A DNA stretch of 64,000 nucleotides. Source: Candidatus Omnitrophota bacterium. GTDB taxonomy: Bacteria > Omnitrophota > Gorgyraeia > Zapsychrales > JAKLDJ01. The stretch is taken from NCBI GenBank assembly GCA_022703585.1, contig JAKLDJ010000001.1:676006-740005 (forward strand), in the 5' to 3' direction. Shown here piece by piece: positions 1 through 10,477 of the stretch. Positions within the stretch are counted from its first letter, which is position 1. Every line of letters begins with the position of its first letter. A program made the translations under genes and the position numbers. Below the pieces are notes generated by a model. The model was not told the origin of the DNA and did no database searches. It saw nothing but the letters and a program-made list of their open reading frames with translations.

Positions 1-489
1 ATAAACTCGGAATCGGATGACGCGTATCGCGAAATAGGAATTATCTACTATGGCCGCAGGGATTATGAAACAGCTGTTTCCTATCTTGAAAAATCATCCT
101 TTTATGACCCGGATAACGTCGATAGCTTGCTGTATTTAGGCATGTCTTATTTCAGGTTAAATCAACGCGACAAGGCCATGCCTTTTTTGGAGGAGGCGGT
201 TGTTTTAAGTAAAAATGATAGCTTTGCTTGCCGGTTTATTGCCGCGGAATTATACGATCAGCATTATGCCGTGGATGCCCTTGTTTTTCTTAAGAAAGCG
301 GCACAGTTATTCCCGCGTGATTCCGAGATTTGGCTCCTTTTGGGGAAAATCTATTTTAACCTCCATGATATTCCCAAGGCATTGGCTGCGTGGCAAAATA
401 TCTCAAAGTTTGATCCTGCCAATCCTGAACTAAAGGCTTGCCTGGAAAAGGTTGAGGCCTTAAGGGTGGCCGTGCCCGGTAACCCTTAA
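1..489 (+). CDS. TPR-repeat protein, 5'-partial (open reading frame continues upstream of window)
   Basis: Frame 1 is open from nt 1 to the stop at 487-489. TPR-like YxxxG/LG...Y periodicity (AYREIGIIYYGRRDYETAVSYLEKS, LLYLGMSYFRLNQRDKA). Confidence 0.55.
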   Translation: MNSESDDAYREIGIIYYGRRDYETAVSYLEKSSFYDPDNVDSLLYLGMSYFRLNQRDKAMPFLEEAVVLSKNDSFACRFIAAELYDQHYAVDALVFLKKAAQLFPRDSEIWLLLGKIYFNLHDIPKALAAWQNISKFDPANPELKACLEKVEALRVAVPGNP

Positions 490-585
490 GCAAATTATTG
501 TAATATCTTTGTGTTGTGTTATAATACCTCACCGTTAAGACTACAGCGACGGATTTTTATCGGATAATTCTCGTAACCCCAAGAT

Positions 586-1675
586 ATGATTGATATTATA
601 AATAAAAGAATAGAAATTCTTGAATCAAAGCTTACCCACCTCAGGGGGTTTCTTTGATGTCCCCAAGAAGCTAGAAGCTATCGAATCTATCCAAAAACAG
701 ATGTCTCAACCGACATTCTGGGATGATGCTTCCAATTCCGGAAAATTGGTTCAGGAATTAAAGGCCCTTAAATCAGTTACCGAGCCTTTCGCGCATGGCA
801 GCAAGAAATTGGCAGATCTTAAAGAACTTACGGCTATTTCTCAGGCAGAATCCGATTTCTTAAAGCAAATCGAAAATGAGCTGGGCTCTCTTGAAGGTGA
901 AGTAGAGAAGCTTGAAACCCGGGCGACTCTTTCGGGCGAGTTCGACCGCAATAATGCGATTCTTAGTATTAATGCCGGTGCCGGAGGGACCGAGTCCTGC
1001 GATTGGGCCAGCATGCTTTTAAGAATGTACACCCGCTGGGCTGACGGGAAAAAATTTAAAGTAACGACACTGGATATCCTGCCCGGCGAAGAAGCAGGAG
1101 TTAAAAACGTTACGATTCATATCGAAGGCGAAATGAGTTATGGGTTGTTAAAACCCGAAAAGGGCGTCCATCGCCTGGTGCGTATTTCTCCTTTTGATTC
1201 TAATAAAAGACGGCATACCTCTTTTGCCTCGGTGGATGTTATTCCCGAAATTGAAGATGATGTTACCGTCGATATCAAGCCGGACGAACTGAGGATTGAT
1301 ATTTACCGTTCTTCCGGGCCCGGCGGGCAAAGTGTCAACACGGCCGATTCGGCGGTACGCATTACTCATCTTCCGACGGGAATTGTGGTTCAGTGCCAGA
1401 ATGAACGCTCGCAATTGCAAAACCGGCAATCCGCGATGAAGGTCTTACGTGCCCGGCTTTACGAGCTTAAAAGCAAAGAGCAGGATGACCGTATGGCGGT
1501 TGAATACGGAAAGAAACAAAAAATCGAATGGGGCAGCCAGATTCGTTCCTACGTGATGCATCCCTATTCCATGGTCAAAGACCACCGCACCGAGTTTGAA
1601 ACCGGTAATGTGCAAAAAGTGATGGACGGAGATATCGATTCTTTTATCGAAGCATTTTTAAAAATGAAATCTTAA
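586..1675 (+). CDS. prfB: peptide chain release factor 2 with programmed +1 ribosomal frameshift (frame-0 stop TGA at 655-657)
   Basis: The short frame-0 [26 protein letters not shown] ends at CTT TGA preceded by the SD-like AGGGGG. The +1 frame continues [10 protein letters not shown]... and contains the SPF tripeptide and the GGQ motif ([26 protein letters not shown]). The N-terminus parallels E. coli RF2 (LRGYL-stop-DYDAKK). Confidence 0.9.
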
Positions 1676-1688
1676 AAATAATCTACCC

Positions 1689-4661
1689 ATGATCGATTTT
1701 CTGATTAAAAACACCTTCATCCAAAGCGCTCAAAAGTTCATTGACCGGCTGGAGCCCAAGGTCAATGTCCATATCCCCAAAGATTTGACCCTGCCGTCAG
1801 TTTCTCTTATCAAAAGAATGTCTGTTGTTGTTGCGAAGATCAATAGCATGGAGGCGCAAATTGCCAAGCTCGATAACAACCAGCTTGCCTCGACCACGCA
1901 GCATTTTAAAACAAAGATCAAAGAAGCCGTAAAATCTAAGGAAGAAGAGGTTGCAAGAATCGAGGCCCTTTGCCGCCAGGCCCTCCTGGAAGAGGAAAAA
2001 GAACACTTAAGTGTGGAATTAACCCAGGCGCAGGAAGATTTAAAAAAGACACGAGAGAAAATCTTAAATGACATTTTGCCCGAGGCCTTTGCCGTCGTGC
2101 GGGAGGCCTCCAAGCGCACCATTGGGCTACGCCATTTTGACGTGCAGATGATTGGCGGGATGGTTTTGCATGAAGGGAAAATCGCGGAAATGGCGACTGG
2201 TGAAGGAAAAACCCTGGTCGCTACCCTGGCGGTCTATTTAAATGCCTTAAACGATAAAGGTGTTCATGTTGTTACCGTCAATGATTATTTGGCCAGGCGC
2301 GACCGGGAATGGATGGGGCCGATTTACCAATTTTTAGGGCTTACCGTGGGTGTCATTCAGCATGATATGGATCCTGCCCGGCGGCAGCAGGAGTACGGTT
2401 GCGATATCACTTATGGAACTAACAATGAATTTGGTTTTGATTATTTGCGCGACAACATGGTGGGCGACAAGCAGGAGATGGTCCAGCGCGGGCATCATTT
2501 TTCCGTCGTGGATGAGGTGGACAGCATTTTAATTGATGAAGCCAGGACACCCTTGATTATTTCCGGACCGGCCGAGGAATCGACGGACAAATATTACCGC
2601 GCCAATGATATTGCCGGAAAGCTTAAAGGGCGCCGGATTACGGAAAAAGAAGAAATAGACGCTAAATACCGCGGCGAGGATTTATCCAAAGGGTATGATT
2701 ATGTCGGCGATGAAAAAGGCCGCTCGGTGTCCTTAAGCGAACAAGGGGAAATCAAGGCTGCCCAGCTTTTCGGTATTCCTAATCTGCATGATATGGAAAC
2801 GATTGAATATCGCCACCATATCCTGCAGGCCTTAAAGGCCAAGGAGTTTTTTAGGCGGGATGTCGATTATGTGGTGCGTGACGGCGAGGTCATTATCGTC
2901 GATGAATTTACCGGGCGTATGATGCCGGGCCGGCGCTGGTCGGACGGTTTGCATCAGGCGGTCGAGGCCAAGGAAGGCATTAAGATCGAGCGAGAAAATC
3001 AGACCCTGGCGACAATTACCTTCCAAAATTATTTTAGAATGTACGACAAGCTTTCCGGAATGACCGGTACGGCGTATACGGAAGCCAACGAATTTAAACA
3101 GATTTATAAATTAGACTGCGTTGTCATTCCGACTAACCGGATTTTAAGCCGCACCAATCATGCGGACTGTATTTATAAGACAGTTAAAGAAAAATATCAA
3201 GCCGTGGTCGAAGAAATAGCCGATTTGCATGACGAGGGGCGCCCGGTTTTAGTTGGCACCATTTCTATCGAGAAATCCGAAATCTTGTCCGCCATGCTTA
3301 AAAAACGCGGCATTCCCCACCAGGTGTTAAATGCCAAATATCACGATCTTGAAGCCCATATTGTGGCTCAAGCAGGGCGGTACAAGGCGGTGACTATTGC
3401 TACCAACATGGCCGGCCGCGGAACTGACATTATGCTGGGCGGTAACGCGGAATTTTTAGCCAAAAGCCTTGAGGAGCAAAAGAAGAGAGAGGCCAAGGAT
3501 GAAGCGGAAACTGCGGGCCTTTACGAAAAATTTCTTGAGCAATTTAAAAATCAGGTCAAAGAAGAACATGAAAAAGTCGTGGCGGTGGGCGGGTTGCATG
3601 TCCTGGGTACCGAGCGCCATGAGTCGCGGCGTATCGACAATCAGCTTCGGGGCCGTTCCGGCCGCCAGGGCGATCCGGGCTCGTCGAGATTTTATGTTTC
3701 CCTAGAAGACGACCTGATGAGGCTTTTTGGTTCCGACCGCATTATGGGCATTATGGATAAACTCGGCATGGAAGAGGGCCAGGTGATCGAGCATTCGCTG
3801 GTTACCCGCGCGATTGAAATTGCCCAAAAAAGGGTCGAGGGCCACAACTTTGAAATCCGTAAACAACTTCTGGAATATGATAACGTTATGAATAAGCAAA
3901 GGGAAGTTATTTACGGCTTGCGGCGCTCGATTCTCGAGGGTGAAAATGTCAAAGAATATATCTTGCAGGCGATCGAAGAATCTGCCCGCGCCTTGGTGGC
4001 TCAGCACCTTTCTTCCGAATCAGGTGAAGCCGGCTGGGATTTAGACGGTTTGGTGACCACGCTTAAAACGAGATTTAGCCTTGACCTAACTTCCGAAAAA
4101 GATTCTTTCCACAGCATGTCGGTGGCGGAGATCGAAGAGTTGGCCTTAAAAAAGATTTTGGAATTATATGAGGCAAAAGAGAGGACGATGACACCTGAGC
4201 AGACGCGTTGGCTGGAACGGATTTTTCTTTTGCAGACAATCGACGCTAAATGGAAGGACCACTTGTACGCGATGGACCAATTAAGGGAAGGGATCAACTT
4301 AAGGGCATTCGGCCAACGGGATCCTTTAATCGAATACAAGCGCGAAGGTTTTTTAATGTTCAAGTCCATGTATGAGTCGATTAACCAGGACGTAGGCGAG
4401 ATGATTCTCAAAGTCCAGCCTGCCAAAGACCGTGAAAGGCCCAAAAGCGTTTTTGGTTCCCTGCCCCAGGAGCTTGTTCACAATGACTTTACCAGCCTTT
4501 CCGAAGAAGCGGTGCGGTCATCACAGGATGCTGCTTTTCAGAATGACACTGAACAACCCCCCGCCCCAAAACCTTATCAGCACACCGGCCCCAAGGTCGG
4601 ACGCAATGACCCTTGTCCCTGCGGCAGCGGAAAAAAGTATAAAAAGTGCTGCGGGCAATAA
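1689..4661 (+). CDS. secA: preprotein translocase ATPase SecA
   Basis: [27 protein letters not shown] Walker A region, [19 protein letters not shown] motif, and the C-terminal zinc-binding [14 protein letters not shown]. Confidence 0.95.
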   Translation: MIDFLIKNTFIQSAQKFIDRLEPKVNVHIPKDLTLPSVSLIKRMSVVVAKINSMEAQIAKLDNNQLASTTQHFKTKIKEAVKSKEEEVARIEALCRQALLEEEKEHLSVELTQAQEDLKKTREKILNDILPEAFAVVREASKRTIGLRHFDVQMIGGMVLHEGKIAEMATGEGKTLVATLAVYLNALNDKGVHVVTVNDYLARRDREWMGPIYQFLGLTVGVIQHDMDPARRQQEYGCDITYGTNNEFGFDYLRDNMVGDKQEMVQRGHHFSVVDEVDSILIDEARTPLIISGPAEESTDKYYRANDIAGKLKGRRITEKEEIDAKYRGEDLSKGYDYVGDEKGRSVSLSEQGEIKAAQLFGIPNLHDMETIEYRHHILQALKAKEFFRRDVDYVVRDGEVIIVDEFTGRMMPGRRWSDGLHQAVEAKEGIKIERENQTLATITFQNYFRMYDKLSGMTGTAYTEANEFKQIYKLDCVVIPTNRILSRTNHADCIYKTVKEKYQAVVEEIADLHDEGRPVLVGTISIEKSEILSAMLKKRGIPHQVLNAKYHDLEAHIVAQAGRYKAVTIATNMAGRGTDIMLGGNAEFLAKSLEEQKKREAKDEAETAGLYEKFLEQFKNQVKEEHEKVVAVGGLHVLGTERHESRRIDNQLRGRSGRQGDPGSSRFYVSLEDDLMRLFGSDRIMGIMDKLGMEEGQVIEHSLVTRAIEIAQKRVEGHNFEIRKQLLEYDNVMNKQREVIYGLRRSILEGENVKEYILQAIEESARALVAQHLSSESGEAGWDLDGLVTTLKTRFSLDLTSEKDSFHSMSVAEIEELALKKILELYEAKERTMTPEQTRWLERIFLLQTIDAKWKDHLYAMDQLREGINLRAFGQRDPLIEYKREGFLMFKSMYESINQDVGEMILKVQPAKDRERPKSVFGSLPQELVHNDFTSLSEEAVRSSQDAAFQNDTEQPPAPKPYQHTGPKVGRNDPCPCGSGKKYKKCCGQ

Positions 4662-4665
4662 ACAA

Positions 4666-6276
4666 ATGACGCAACAACTCCTCCAACGATACTCCGTGGT
4701 AGAAAACATCCTAGAGAATATTTCCGAAAGAATCCGTTCGCATTGCCTGAGGCATCCTTTTCTTTCGAGCGTTTGGCTTTGTTTGTGCTCGGCGTGTCTT
4801 TTAGTCGCGGCCTTTCCCCAAGCCGATATCTGGATACTTTCCTGGGTTGCCCTTGTGCCTTTTCTATTTGTTCTCGACGGAAAAAAGCCGGCAGCGTCTT
4901 TCTTTATCGGCTATCTTCTGGGTATCTTGTTTTTTTCCGGCACCCTGTACTGGTTTATTTATGTGACCAAATTAGGGGCGAGCCTCTTGGTTTTGTATTT
5001 TGGAATTTATTTTGCCCTTTTTGGCCTGGGCTATAGTTTGTTTTCCGGCAAAAGTATTCTTGCCAAGATTATTTTCTTGCCCAGTTTTTGGGTTGGCTTA
5101 GAATTTATCCGGGGGCATCTTTTTACCGGTTTCGGCTGGGTTAATCTTGGGCATTCGCAGTACAAGATCTTGCCGCTTATTCAAATTTCCGATACGACCG
5201 GAGTATTTGGTATCTCCTTTCTGATCGTTGCGGCCAACGTGCTTTTAAAGGAATGGCTCGATGCAAAGATAGAAGAGGCGGATTCTGTCCGTAAACAAAG
5301 ATCTCTAGCCACCGGTATTATTTCAATCCTTTTGATTGCAGCTATTGGATATGGTTTTTATCGGTTGAGCATAAAAGTTTCTCGGGGAGAGGTCAATGTT
5401 GCCGTTATCCAGGCTAATACTCCCCAGGAATTAAAGTGGCAGAAATCTGCCTGGCCGTCGATCATGAAAACATATTTGGATTTAACTCAAAAGGCGGCAA
5501 AAGAAAATCCCGATATCATTATATGGCCGGAGACGGCATTTCCCGGTTTTATATGGGAAGCGCCACAGTTATTTGTGGAGTTACGAAGCCTTGTGGCGCA
5601 ACTCAAAGTACCCTTATTGCTTGGTGTTGTTACCCAGCTTGATGATGCTTATTATAATTCCGCCCTGCTTATCGACCGGGAAGGCGAAGTGATTGTGCAA
5701 CATGATAAGCTGCATTTGGTTCCGTTCGGCGAATATGTTCCTTTAAGAAAAGTTTTTCCATTTCTTTCGGATATCGCCCCCATCGGAGATTTTAATGCCG
5801 GAAATAAGTTTACCTTATTTCCTGTTTCCTCCGGCGGGAGTGAGACAAAAGGCCCTGCCGGTTTTTTCTCGGTTCTTATTTGTTTTGAAGATACGGTTCC
5901 GGAGATTTCCGGGGGGTTTGTCCGGACAGGCGCCAACCTTTTGGTTAATATCACCAATGATGCCTGGTTTCAAGATACCAAAGAGCCGTTTTTGCATATG
6001 CAGGATGCTGTTTTTAGGGCCGTCGAGAACCGCAAATATCTTATTCGAGCTGCCAATACGGGCGTAAGCTGCTTTATTGATTCCCGGGGCAAGGTGATCA
6101 ATCGAGTCGAGAATACGGATAAAAAAGCCACGTATGTCTCCGGCTATAAAATCGAACGGGTCGGGTTAAATAATCAAAAAACTTTCTATACAAAATACGG
6201 AGATGTTTTTACATATTTTTGTTTTGGCAGTATACTATGGGGGATAGCGGGAATAATACGCCGTCGTTTATTTTAA
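4666..6276 (+). CDS. lnt: apolipoprotein N-acyltransferase
   Basis: Multi-TM N-terminal region followed by a CN-hydrolase domain (VAVIQANTPQ, IIWPETAFPG, ICFEDTVPE). The start was moved from the track's 4432 to the ATG at 4666, immediately after the secA stop. Confidence 0.8.
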   Translation: MTQQLLQRYSVVENILENISERIRSHCLRHPFLSSVWLCLCSACLLVAAFPQADIWILSWVALVPFLFVLDGKKPAASFFIGYLLGILFFSGTLYWFIYVTKLGASLLVLYFGIYFALFGLGYSLFSGKSILAKIIFLPSFWVGLEFIRGHLFTGFGWVNLGHSQYKILPLIQISDTTGVFGISFLIVAANVLLKEWLDAKIEEADSVRKQRSLATGIISILLIAAIGYGFYRLSIKVSRGEVNVAVIQANTPQELKWQKSAWPSIMKTYLDLTQKAAKENPDIIIWPETAFPGFIWEAPQLFVELRSLVAQLKVPLLLGVVTQLDDAYYNSALLIDREGEVIVQHDKLHLVPFGEYVPLRKVFPFLSDIAPIGDFNAGNKFTLFPVSSGGSETKGPAGFFSVLICFEDTVPEISGGFVRTGANLLVNITNDAWFQDTKEPFLHMQDAVFRAVENRKYLIRAANTGVSCFIDSRGKVINRVENTDKKATYVSGYKIERVGLNNQKTFYTKYGDVFTYFCFGSILWGIAGIIRRRLF

Positions 6277-6321
6277 GGAAACAGTTTTTTCTTAAAGATC
6301 GCACTGCCGATTTTTCTCGAA

Positions 6322-7161
6322 ATGGATAAACTAAAAACTCAAGGAGTTCAAAACATGGTAAGAAGATCGCTTGATCTGACGGTCGTCGGTTTTGGCCTAT
6401 CGATTGCTTACGTAGTCGGGTTGATTGCAGCGTTGGCGGGGCTATTTTTATCGATTTTTAATCAGGGAGCTTTCTTACAATCGCCGATGTTTATCGGGCA
6501 ATATCGCAGCATTGCGGAATTTCAGCAGTACACTGCCGTGTTGTGGTTTTTATATTTTCTGCAGTTGATAGGATTGGTGGCGGTATTAGACTTAAGGGAA
6601 TGGGGCCGTAAACTGGTTATCGCGGCGAATGCGGCGATGTGCGTTTATACGATATTAAGGGCGGTCCTTCTTTCTCAAGGGATGGATTTTTTCCAGCTTC
6701 TTTCTTTATTTATTTATGCCTTGGTTATCTTTTTCTTTATCCAGCCGAAAATTAAAGAACAATTTCAAAAAGCCCTTGCCCGGGCCCCGCGAAACGGCAA
6801 GACCATTTTGGTTATTGACGACGAAAAAGGCCTTTTGGTCATGGCAAAAAATGCTCTTTCCTGGAAAGGGTTTAGAGTCTTGTTGGCGGAGACCGGCGAA
6901 AAAGGCATAGCGGTATCCAGAAGGAAGAAGCCGGATTTAATTGTTCTGGATGTTATTTTGCCGGGAATCAAGGGAAGAGAAGTTTGTGCGCGGCTTAAAA
7001 AAGATCCGCAAACCAAAGACATTCCGGTTATTTTCCTGACATCAAAGGATTCTCCCGATGATATTAAGGCCGAACTTGAGGCCGGAGGCGTTTCCCATTT
7101 GCCCAAGCCGTTTGATGCCGAGAAATTATCAGCGGAGATCAATAGAGTTTTAGGGCTCTAA
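6322..7161 (+). CDS. membrane-anchored stand-alone response-regulator receiver (REC) domain protein
   Basis: About 150 aa with predicted TM helices, then a CheY-like REC domain (KTILVIDDEKG...PDLIVLDVILPGIKGREV...FLTSKD...KPFD). No output domain. Confidence 0.7.
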   Translation: MDKLKTQGVQNMVRRSLDLTVVGFGLSIAYVVGLIAALAGLFLSIFNQGAFLQSPMFIGQYRSIAEFQQYTAVLWFLYFLQLIGLVAVLDLREWGRKLVIAANAAMCVYTILRAVLLSQGMDFFQLLSLFIYALVIFFFIQPKIKEQFQKALARAPRNGKTILVIDDEKGLLVMAKNALSWKGFRVLLAETGEKGIAVSRRKKPDLIVLDVILPGIKGREVCARLKKDPQTKDIPVIFLTSKDSPDDIKAELEAGGVSHLPKPFDAEKLSAEINRVLGL

Positions 7162-7237
7162 TTATTCCAGCCAGCCGGTTCCTCAGCTGAATATTCTTTT
7201 AAAAGGCATTTTGAGAATTATTTTAAGAGGCATTAAG

Positions 7238-7720
7238 ATGGAAATTAAAAACATAAGAATTAATAAGCCGGAAGATGTTAACGTGATTCTGGGGCAATCC
7301 CATTTTATTAAAACCGTCGAGGATATCTATGAGGCGATTGTTTCTGCTGCCCCGGAGATGAAGTTTGGCCTGGCCTTTTGCGAGGCCTCGGGGGCATGCC
7401 TGGTACGCCTTGAGGGCAATGACGATGAATTAAAGAAGCTGGCTGCCGACAATGCCCTGGAGGTTGGCTCCGGCCACAGTTTCATGATTTTTATGCGTAA
7501 GGGGTTTCCGGTAAATATTCTTAACCAGATCAAAAACGTTGCCGAGGTTTGTTCTGTTTTTGCGGCAACGGCGAACACAGTTGAGGTCGTGGTGGCCGAT
7601 AACGGTGCCGGCCGGGGGATCTTAGGGGTTATCGACGGCGTAAAGCCCAAGGGTATTGAAGACGCCAAGGGCGCCCAGTGGCGAAAAGACCTTTTACGTA
7701 AACTGGGTTATAAAAGATAG
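7238..7720 (+). CDS. conserved hypothetical protein (possibly adenosine-specific-kinase-like, PF04008; unverified)
   Basis: 160-aa ORF with the SD AAGAGG 9 nt upstream of the ATG at 7238. The track start at 7211 is a TTG. The family assignment is a recollection only. Confidence 0.4.
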   Translation: MEIKNIRINKPEDVNVILGQSHFIKTVEDIYEAIVSAAPEMKFGLAFCEASGACLVRLEGNDDELKKLAADNALEVGSGHSFMIFMRKGFPVNILNQIKNVAEVCSVFAATANTVEVVVADNGAGRGILGVIDGVKPKGIEDAKGAQWRKDLLRKLGYKR

Positions 7721-7757
7721 AAAGCTTCGGCGTGCTTTTTGGCCGAGTAATAAACGG

Positions 7758-8717
7758 ATGAATTTTCAAGATCGAATCAAGGTATTTAAAAGGACGATGG
7801 CCCGTAACGGGCTGTATGCCTCTTCCTGGATTTTAACCAATCTCCCGTACGGGGTAGTGTGCTTTTTAGCCAATTTGTTTATTGCTGTCGGTTTTGCTCT
7901 GGCCGTAAAACAGCAGCGCCTCGCTCATGAAAGCTTAACCATTGCTTTTGGCAAAGAAAAAGGCAAAGACGAAATTAATAAAATTGCCAAAGAGTGTTTT
8001 AAAAATCTAGGGCGGGGGATGATTGAGCTTATTTATTTTATGGCTCATCCCCAAATGATCAAAGAAAAGGTTTTTTTTGAGGGCAAAGAACATTTAGACG
8101 AAGCGCTTAAAGGCGGCAAGGGTGTTATTGCGGTCAGCGCTCACTTTGGTAATTTTCCTTTGATGCTTTTACGCTGCGCCCAGGAGGGCTATAAGGTTAA
8201 CGCGATTATCCGTCCGGCGCGCGATAAACAAATCGAGGAGTATTTCTTAAATTTAAGAACCATGCTCGGGCTTAATACAGTCTATAGTCATCCAAGAAAA
8301 CAATGCGTGGATACTTCGATCCGGGTATTACGTAATAACGAGTTTTTGTTTATCCCTTTGGACCAGAATTTCGGCAGTGGGGGCGGGGTGTTTGTTGATT
8401 TCTTCGGTCAAAAGGCAGCCACGGCGACAGGGCCGGTCATATTTGCCATGAGGACCGGGGCGCCGCTGTTGCCGGTGTTTACGGTGCGCGAGCGGGGGGA
8501 TTTTCATAAGATTATTATCGCGCCGCCGTTATTCTTAGAGGAAAAAGAGGACGACAAGGAAACAGTTCTTGTTAATACATCGCGCATTACCCAGATTATC
8601 GAAACGTACATCCGCCGGTATCCCCAGGAATGGGGATGGATGCATCGGCGCTGGAAGAGCCGGCCGGCCGGGGAACCCCAGCCGGTTGATAATCCAACTT
8701 TATCCGTCGAGGTCTAA
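7758..8717 (+). CDS. lipid A biosynthesis (Kdo2-lipid IVA) lauroyl/myristoyl acyltransferase family protein
   Basis: LpxL/HtrB-like lysophospholipid acyltransferase architecture: N-terminal TM segment, then the HxxxxD-type region (VSAHFGNFPL) and the PLDQN...G motif. The start was moved to the ATG at 7758 to avoid overlap with the upstream gene. Confidence 0.65.
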   Translation: MNFQDRIKVFKRTMARNGLYASSWILTNLPYGVVCFLANLFIAVGFALAVKQQRLAHESLTIAFGKEKGKDEINKIAKECFKNLGRGMIELIYFMAHPQMIKEKVFFEGKEHLDEALKGGKGVIAVSAHFGNFPLMLLRCAQEGYKVNAIIRPARDKQIEEYFLNLRTMLGLNTVYSHPRKQCVDTSIRVLRNNEFLFIPLDQNFGSGGGVFVDFFGQKAATATGPVIFAMRTGAPLLPVFTVRERGDFHKIIIAPPLFLEEKEDDKETVLVNTSRITQIIETYIRRYPQEWGWMHRRWKSRPAGEPQPVDNPTLSVEV

Positions 8718-8719
8718 AA

Positions 8720-8908
8720 ATGGCATTTAAAATTACAAAAAAACAGGCCAAGCAAGCTGCGTTATTTATCGCAGGCTGGATTGTTTTGATTTTAGGCGTT
8801 GCCCTTATTTTGGATTGGTGGGCTTATGTGGTGGTTGTTTTTAAGGGATGTGCCGGTATCCTGATGGCGTTAGTGGGGCTGCTAATCCTTGTGTTGGCAA
8901 AAGGGTAA
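8720..8908 (+). CDS. small two-TM membrane protein, hypothetical
   Basis: 62-aa ORF with two hydrophobic helices, tightly spaced after the upstream gene. Confidence 0.4.
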   Translation: MAFKITKKQAKQAALFIAGWIVLILGVALILDWWAYVVVVFKGCAGILMALVGLLILVLAKG

Positions 8909-8962
8909 TCTTTTCATCGGGTGGGGGCACGCAGATACAAAAAATCTTAAGGAGAAATTCAA

Positions 8963-9556
8963 TTGAATAGATTAAAACGCTATTTTCTTTATGGGTTAAC
9001 GATATTTTTACCGTTTTTGCTGACGGTTTATATCATCATCATCGTGTTTAATTTCGCTGATGGATTTCTAGGAAAATTTATCAAACCGCTTTTTATCAAC
9101 TTGTTCGGTTTTTATCCCTGGGGGATCAGCATTGTCATATCGGCTCTGCTAATTCTGGTTGCGGGTTTCTTGGCAACCCATTTCTTTGGTAAGGATTTAT
9201 ATCCTGCTATCGAGAGGTTGTTGTTACGATTGCCGTTTTTCAGGGAGGTTTACCCGTCCACCAAGCAACTTGCCTCGTTTCTTTTCTCCCGGGACAAGAA
9301 AACTTTTAAGCAGGTAGTTCTGGTGGAATATCCGCGCAAGGGCATATACTCGATAGGTTTTATAGTCAGTGACCCGTCGAAAGTGATTTGCGAGAAAGTT
9401 GGCAGGGAATTATGCAATATTCTTATACCGGGTTCTCCGAGCCCGTTTAGCGGGTTTGTTATTATGGTTCCTCAAGAAGAAGTAATATTCCTGGATATCC
9501 CCATTGAAGATGCGATAAAGTTTATTGTCTCCGACGGGGTTGTAAGTCCGCAATGA
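8963..9556 (+). CDS. DUF502-family membrane protein
   Basis: TTG start with AAGGAG 8 nt upstream. The N-terminus KRYFLYGLTIFLPFLLTVYIIIIVFNFADG is typical of DUF502. Confidence 0.55.
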   Translation: MNRLKRYFLYGLTIFLPFLLTVYIIIIVFNFADGFLGKFIKPLFINLFGFYPWGISIVISALLILVAGFLATHFFGKDLYPAIERLLLRLPFFREVYPSTKQLASFLFSRDKKTFKQVVLVEYPRKGIYSIGFIVSDPSKVICEKVGRELCNILIPGSPSPFSGFVIMVPQEEVIFLDIPIEDAIKFIVSDGVVSPQ

Positions 9557-9573
9557 TGATTGATTGAGTTCAA

Positions 9574-10218
9574 ATGATTGGCAAAATAGATTTGGTGATC
9601 TTTGATTTGGACGGAACGCTTGTGGATGCCTATGGGGCGATCGCGGGCAGTTTTAATTTTGCCATGCGCCGGCTGGGATTTCCTAGACAAGATAATGCGG
9701 TTATCCGCCGTGCGGTAGGCTGGGGAGACAGGAATCTCTTAAGGCCTTTTGTGGGCGAAAAGAACGCTGTTAAGGCGCTTAGGTTATACCGCAGGCATCA
9801 TGCGATTGCCTTAAAGAAGAAAACAAGATTTCTGCCCGGGGCCAAGCGGCTTTTGATAACTCTAAATAAGAACGGCTATCAGCTGGCCGTGGCCAGTAAC
9901 CGTCCGACGAGATTTTCAAATATTATTCTGAATCATTTAAAGATCCGTCAATATTTTGATTATGTTTTATGCGGCGATAAGCTGAAAAAACCAAAGCCGA
10001 ACGCCGATATTCTTTTGAAAATTCTAAAGAAACTTTCCGTCAAAAAAGGCCGGGCTGTTTACGTCGGTGACATGACGGTGGACATCCTGACAGGGAAAAG
10101 GGCTGGCGTAAAAACAATAGCGATTTTAGGCGGTTCCAGCAGCAAGAAAGAAATCGGTGCCCTAAAGCCCTATCGTGTAATTAAAAACATTTCCCAGGTG
10201 TGGGACATTGTCCGGTAA
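9574..10218 (+). CDS. HAD-superfamily hydrolase (phosphoglycolate-phosphatase-like)
   Basis: Motif I IDLVIFDLDGTLVD, motif II S/T region, and the C-terminal GDMTVD motif. Confidence 0.8.
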   Translation: MIGKIDLVIFDLDGTLVDAYGAIAGSFNFAMRRLGFPRQDNAVIRRAVGWGDRNLLRPFVGEKNAVKALRLYRRHHAIALKKKTRFLPGAKRLLITLNKNGYQLAVASNRPTRFSNIILNHLKIRQYFDYVLCGDKLKKPKPNADILLKILKKLSVKKGRAVYVGDMTVDILTGKRAGVKTIAILGGSSSKKEIGALKPYRVIKNISQVWDIVR

Positions 10219-10272
10219 GAATGAGTTTTATGCTGATTAATTTTTATTTCATAAACAGGAAAGGAGAATTAC

Positions 10273-10356
10273 ATGAGTAAACGAAAACGCAAGGGTAAGT
10301 TAAAATGGCGCTCCAAGAAGGCCAACCACGGAAAAAGCCCCAGCAAGGGCCATTAA
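10273..10356 (+). CDS. 27-aa highly basic small protein (MSKRKRKGKLKWRSKKANHGKSPSKGH), unannotated in the ORF track
   Basis: Strong SD AAGGAG 7 nt upstream of the ATG. Composition resembles a small ribosomal-type protein. Below the 60-aa track cutoff. Confidence 0.35.
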   Translation: MSKRKRKGKLKWRSKKANHGKSPSKGH

Positions 10357-10477
10357 TTTAATTCTTAAATAGCGACGGATAAAACCCGCGTGTTGATTCG
10401 AGGGTTTTCTGTCTGACATGTATAAAGGAATGCAGTATTATTGATGAGTGTAGTTTAACTGTTAGGAGGCGTTATCC

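Noticed and set aside
1730-2122. 130-aa and 69-aa minus-strand ORFs inside secA.
   Set aside because: They are antisense to a highly conserved gene and have no translation signals.
4432-4665. ORF-track start of lnt at 4432, overlapping the last 230 nt of secA.
   Set aside because: A long overlap with a highly conserved secA C-terminus is implausible. An in-frame ATG at 4666, directly after the secA stop, gives a normal-sized Lnt.
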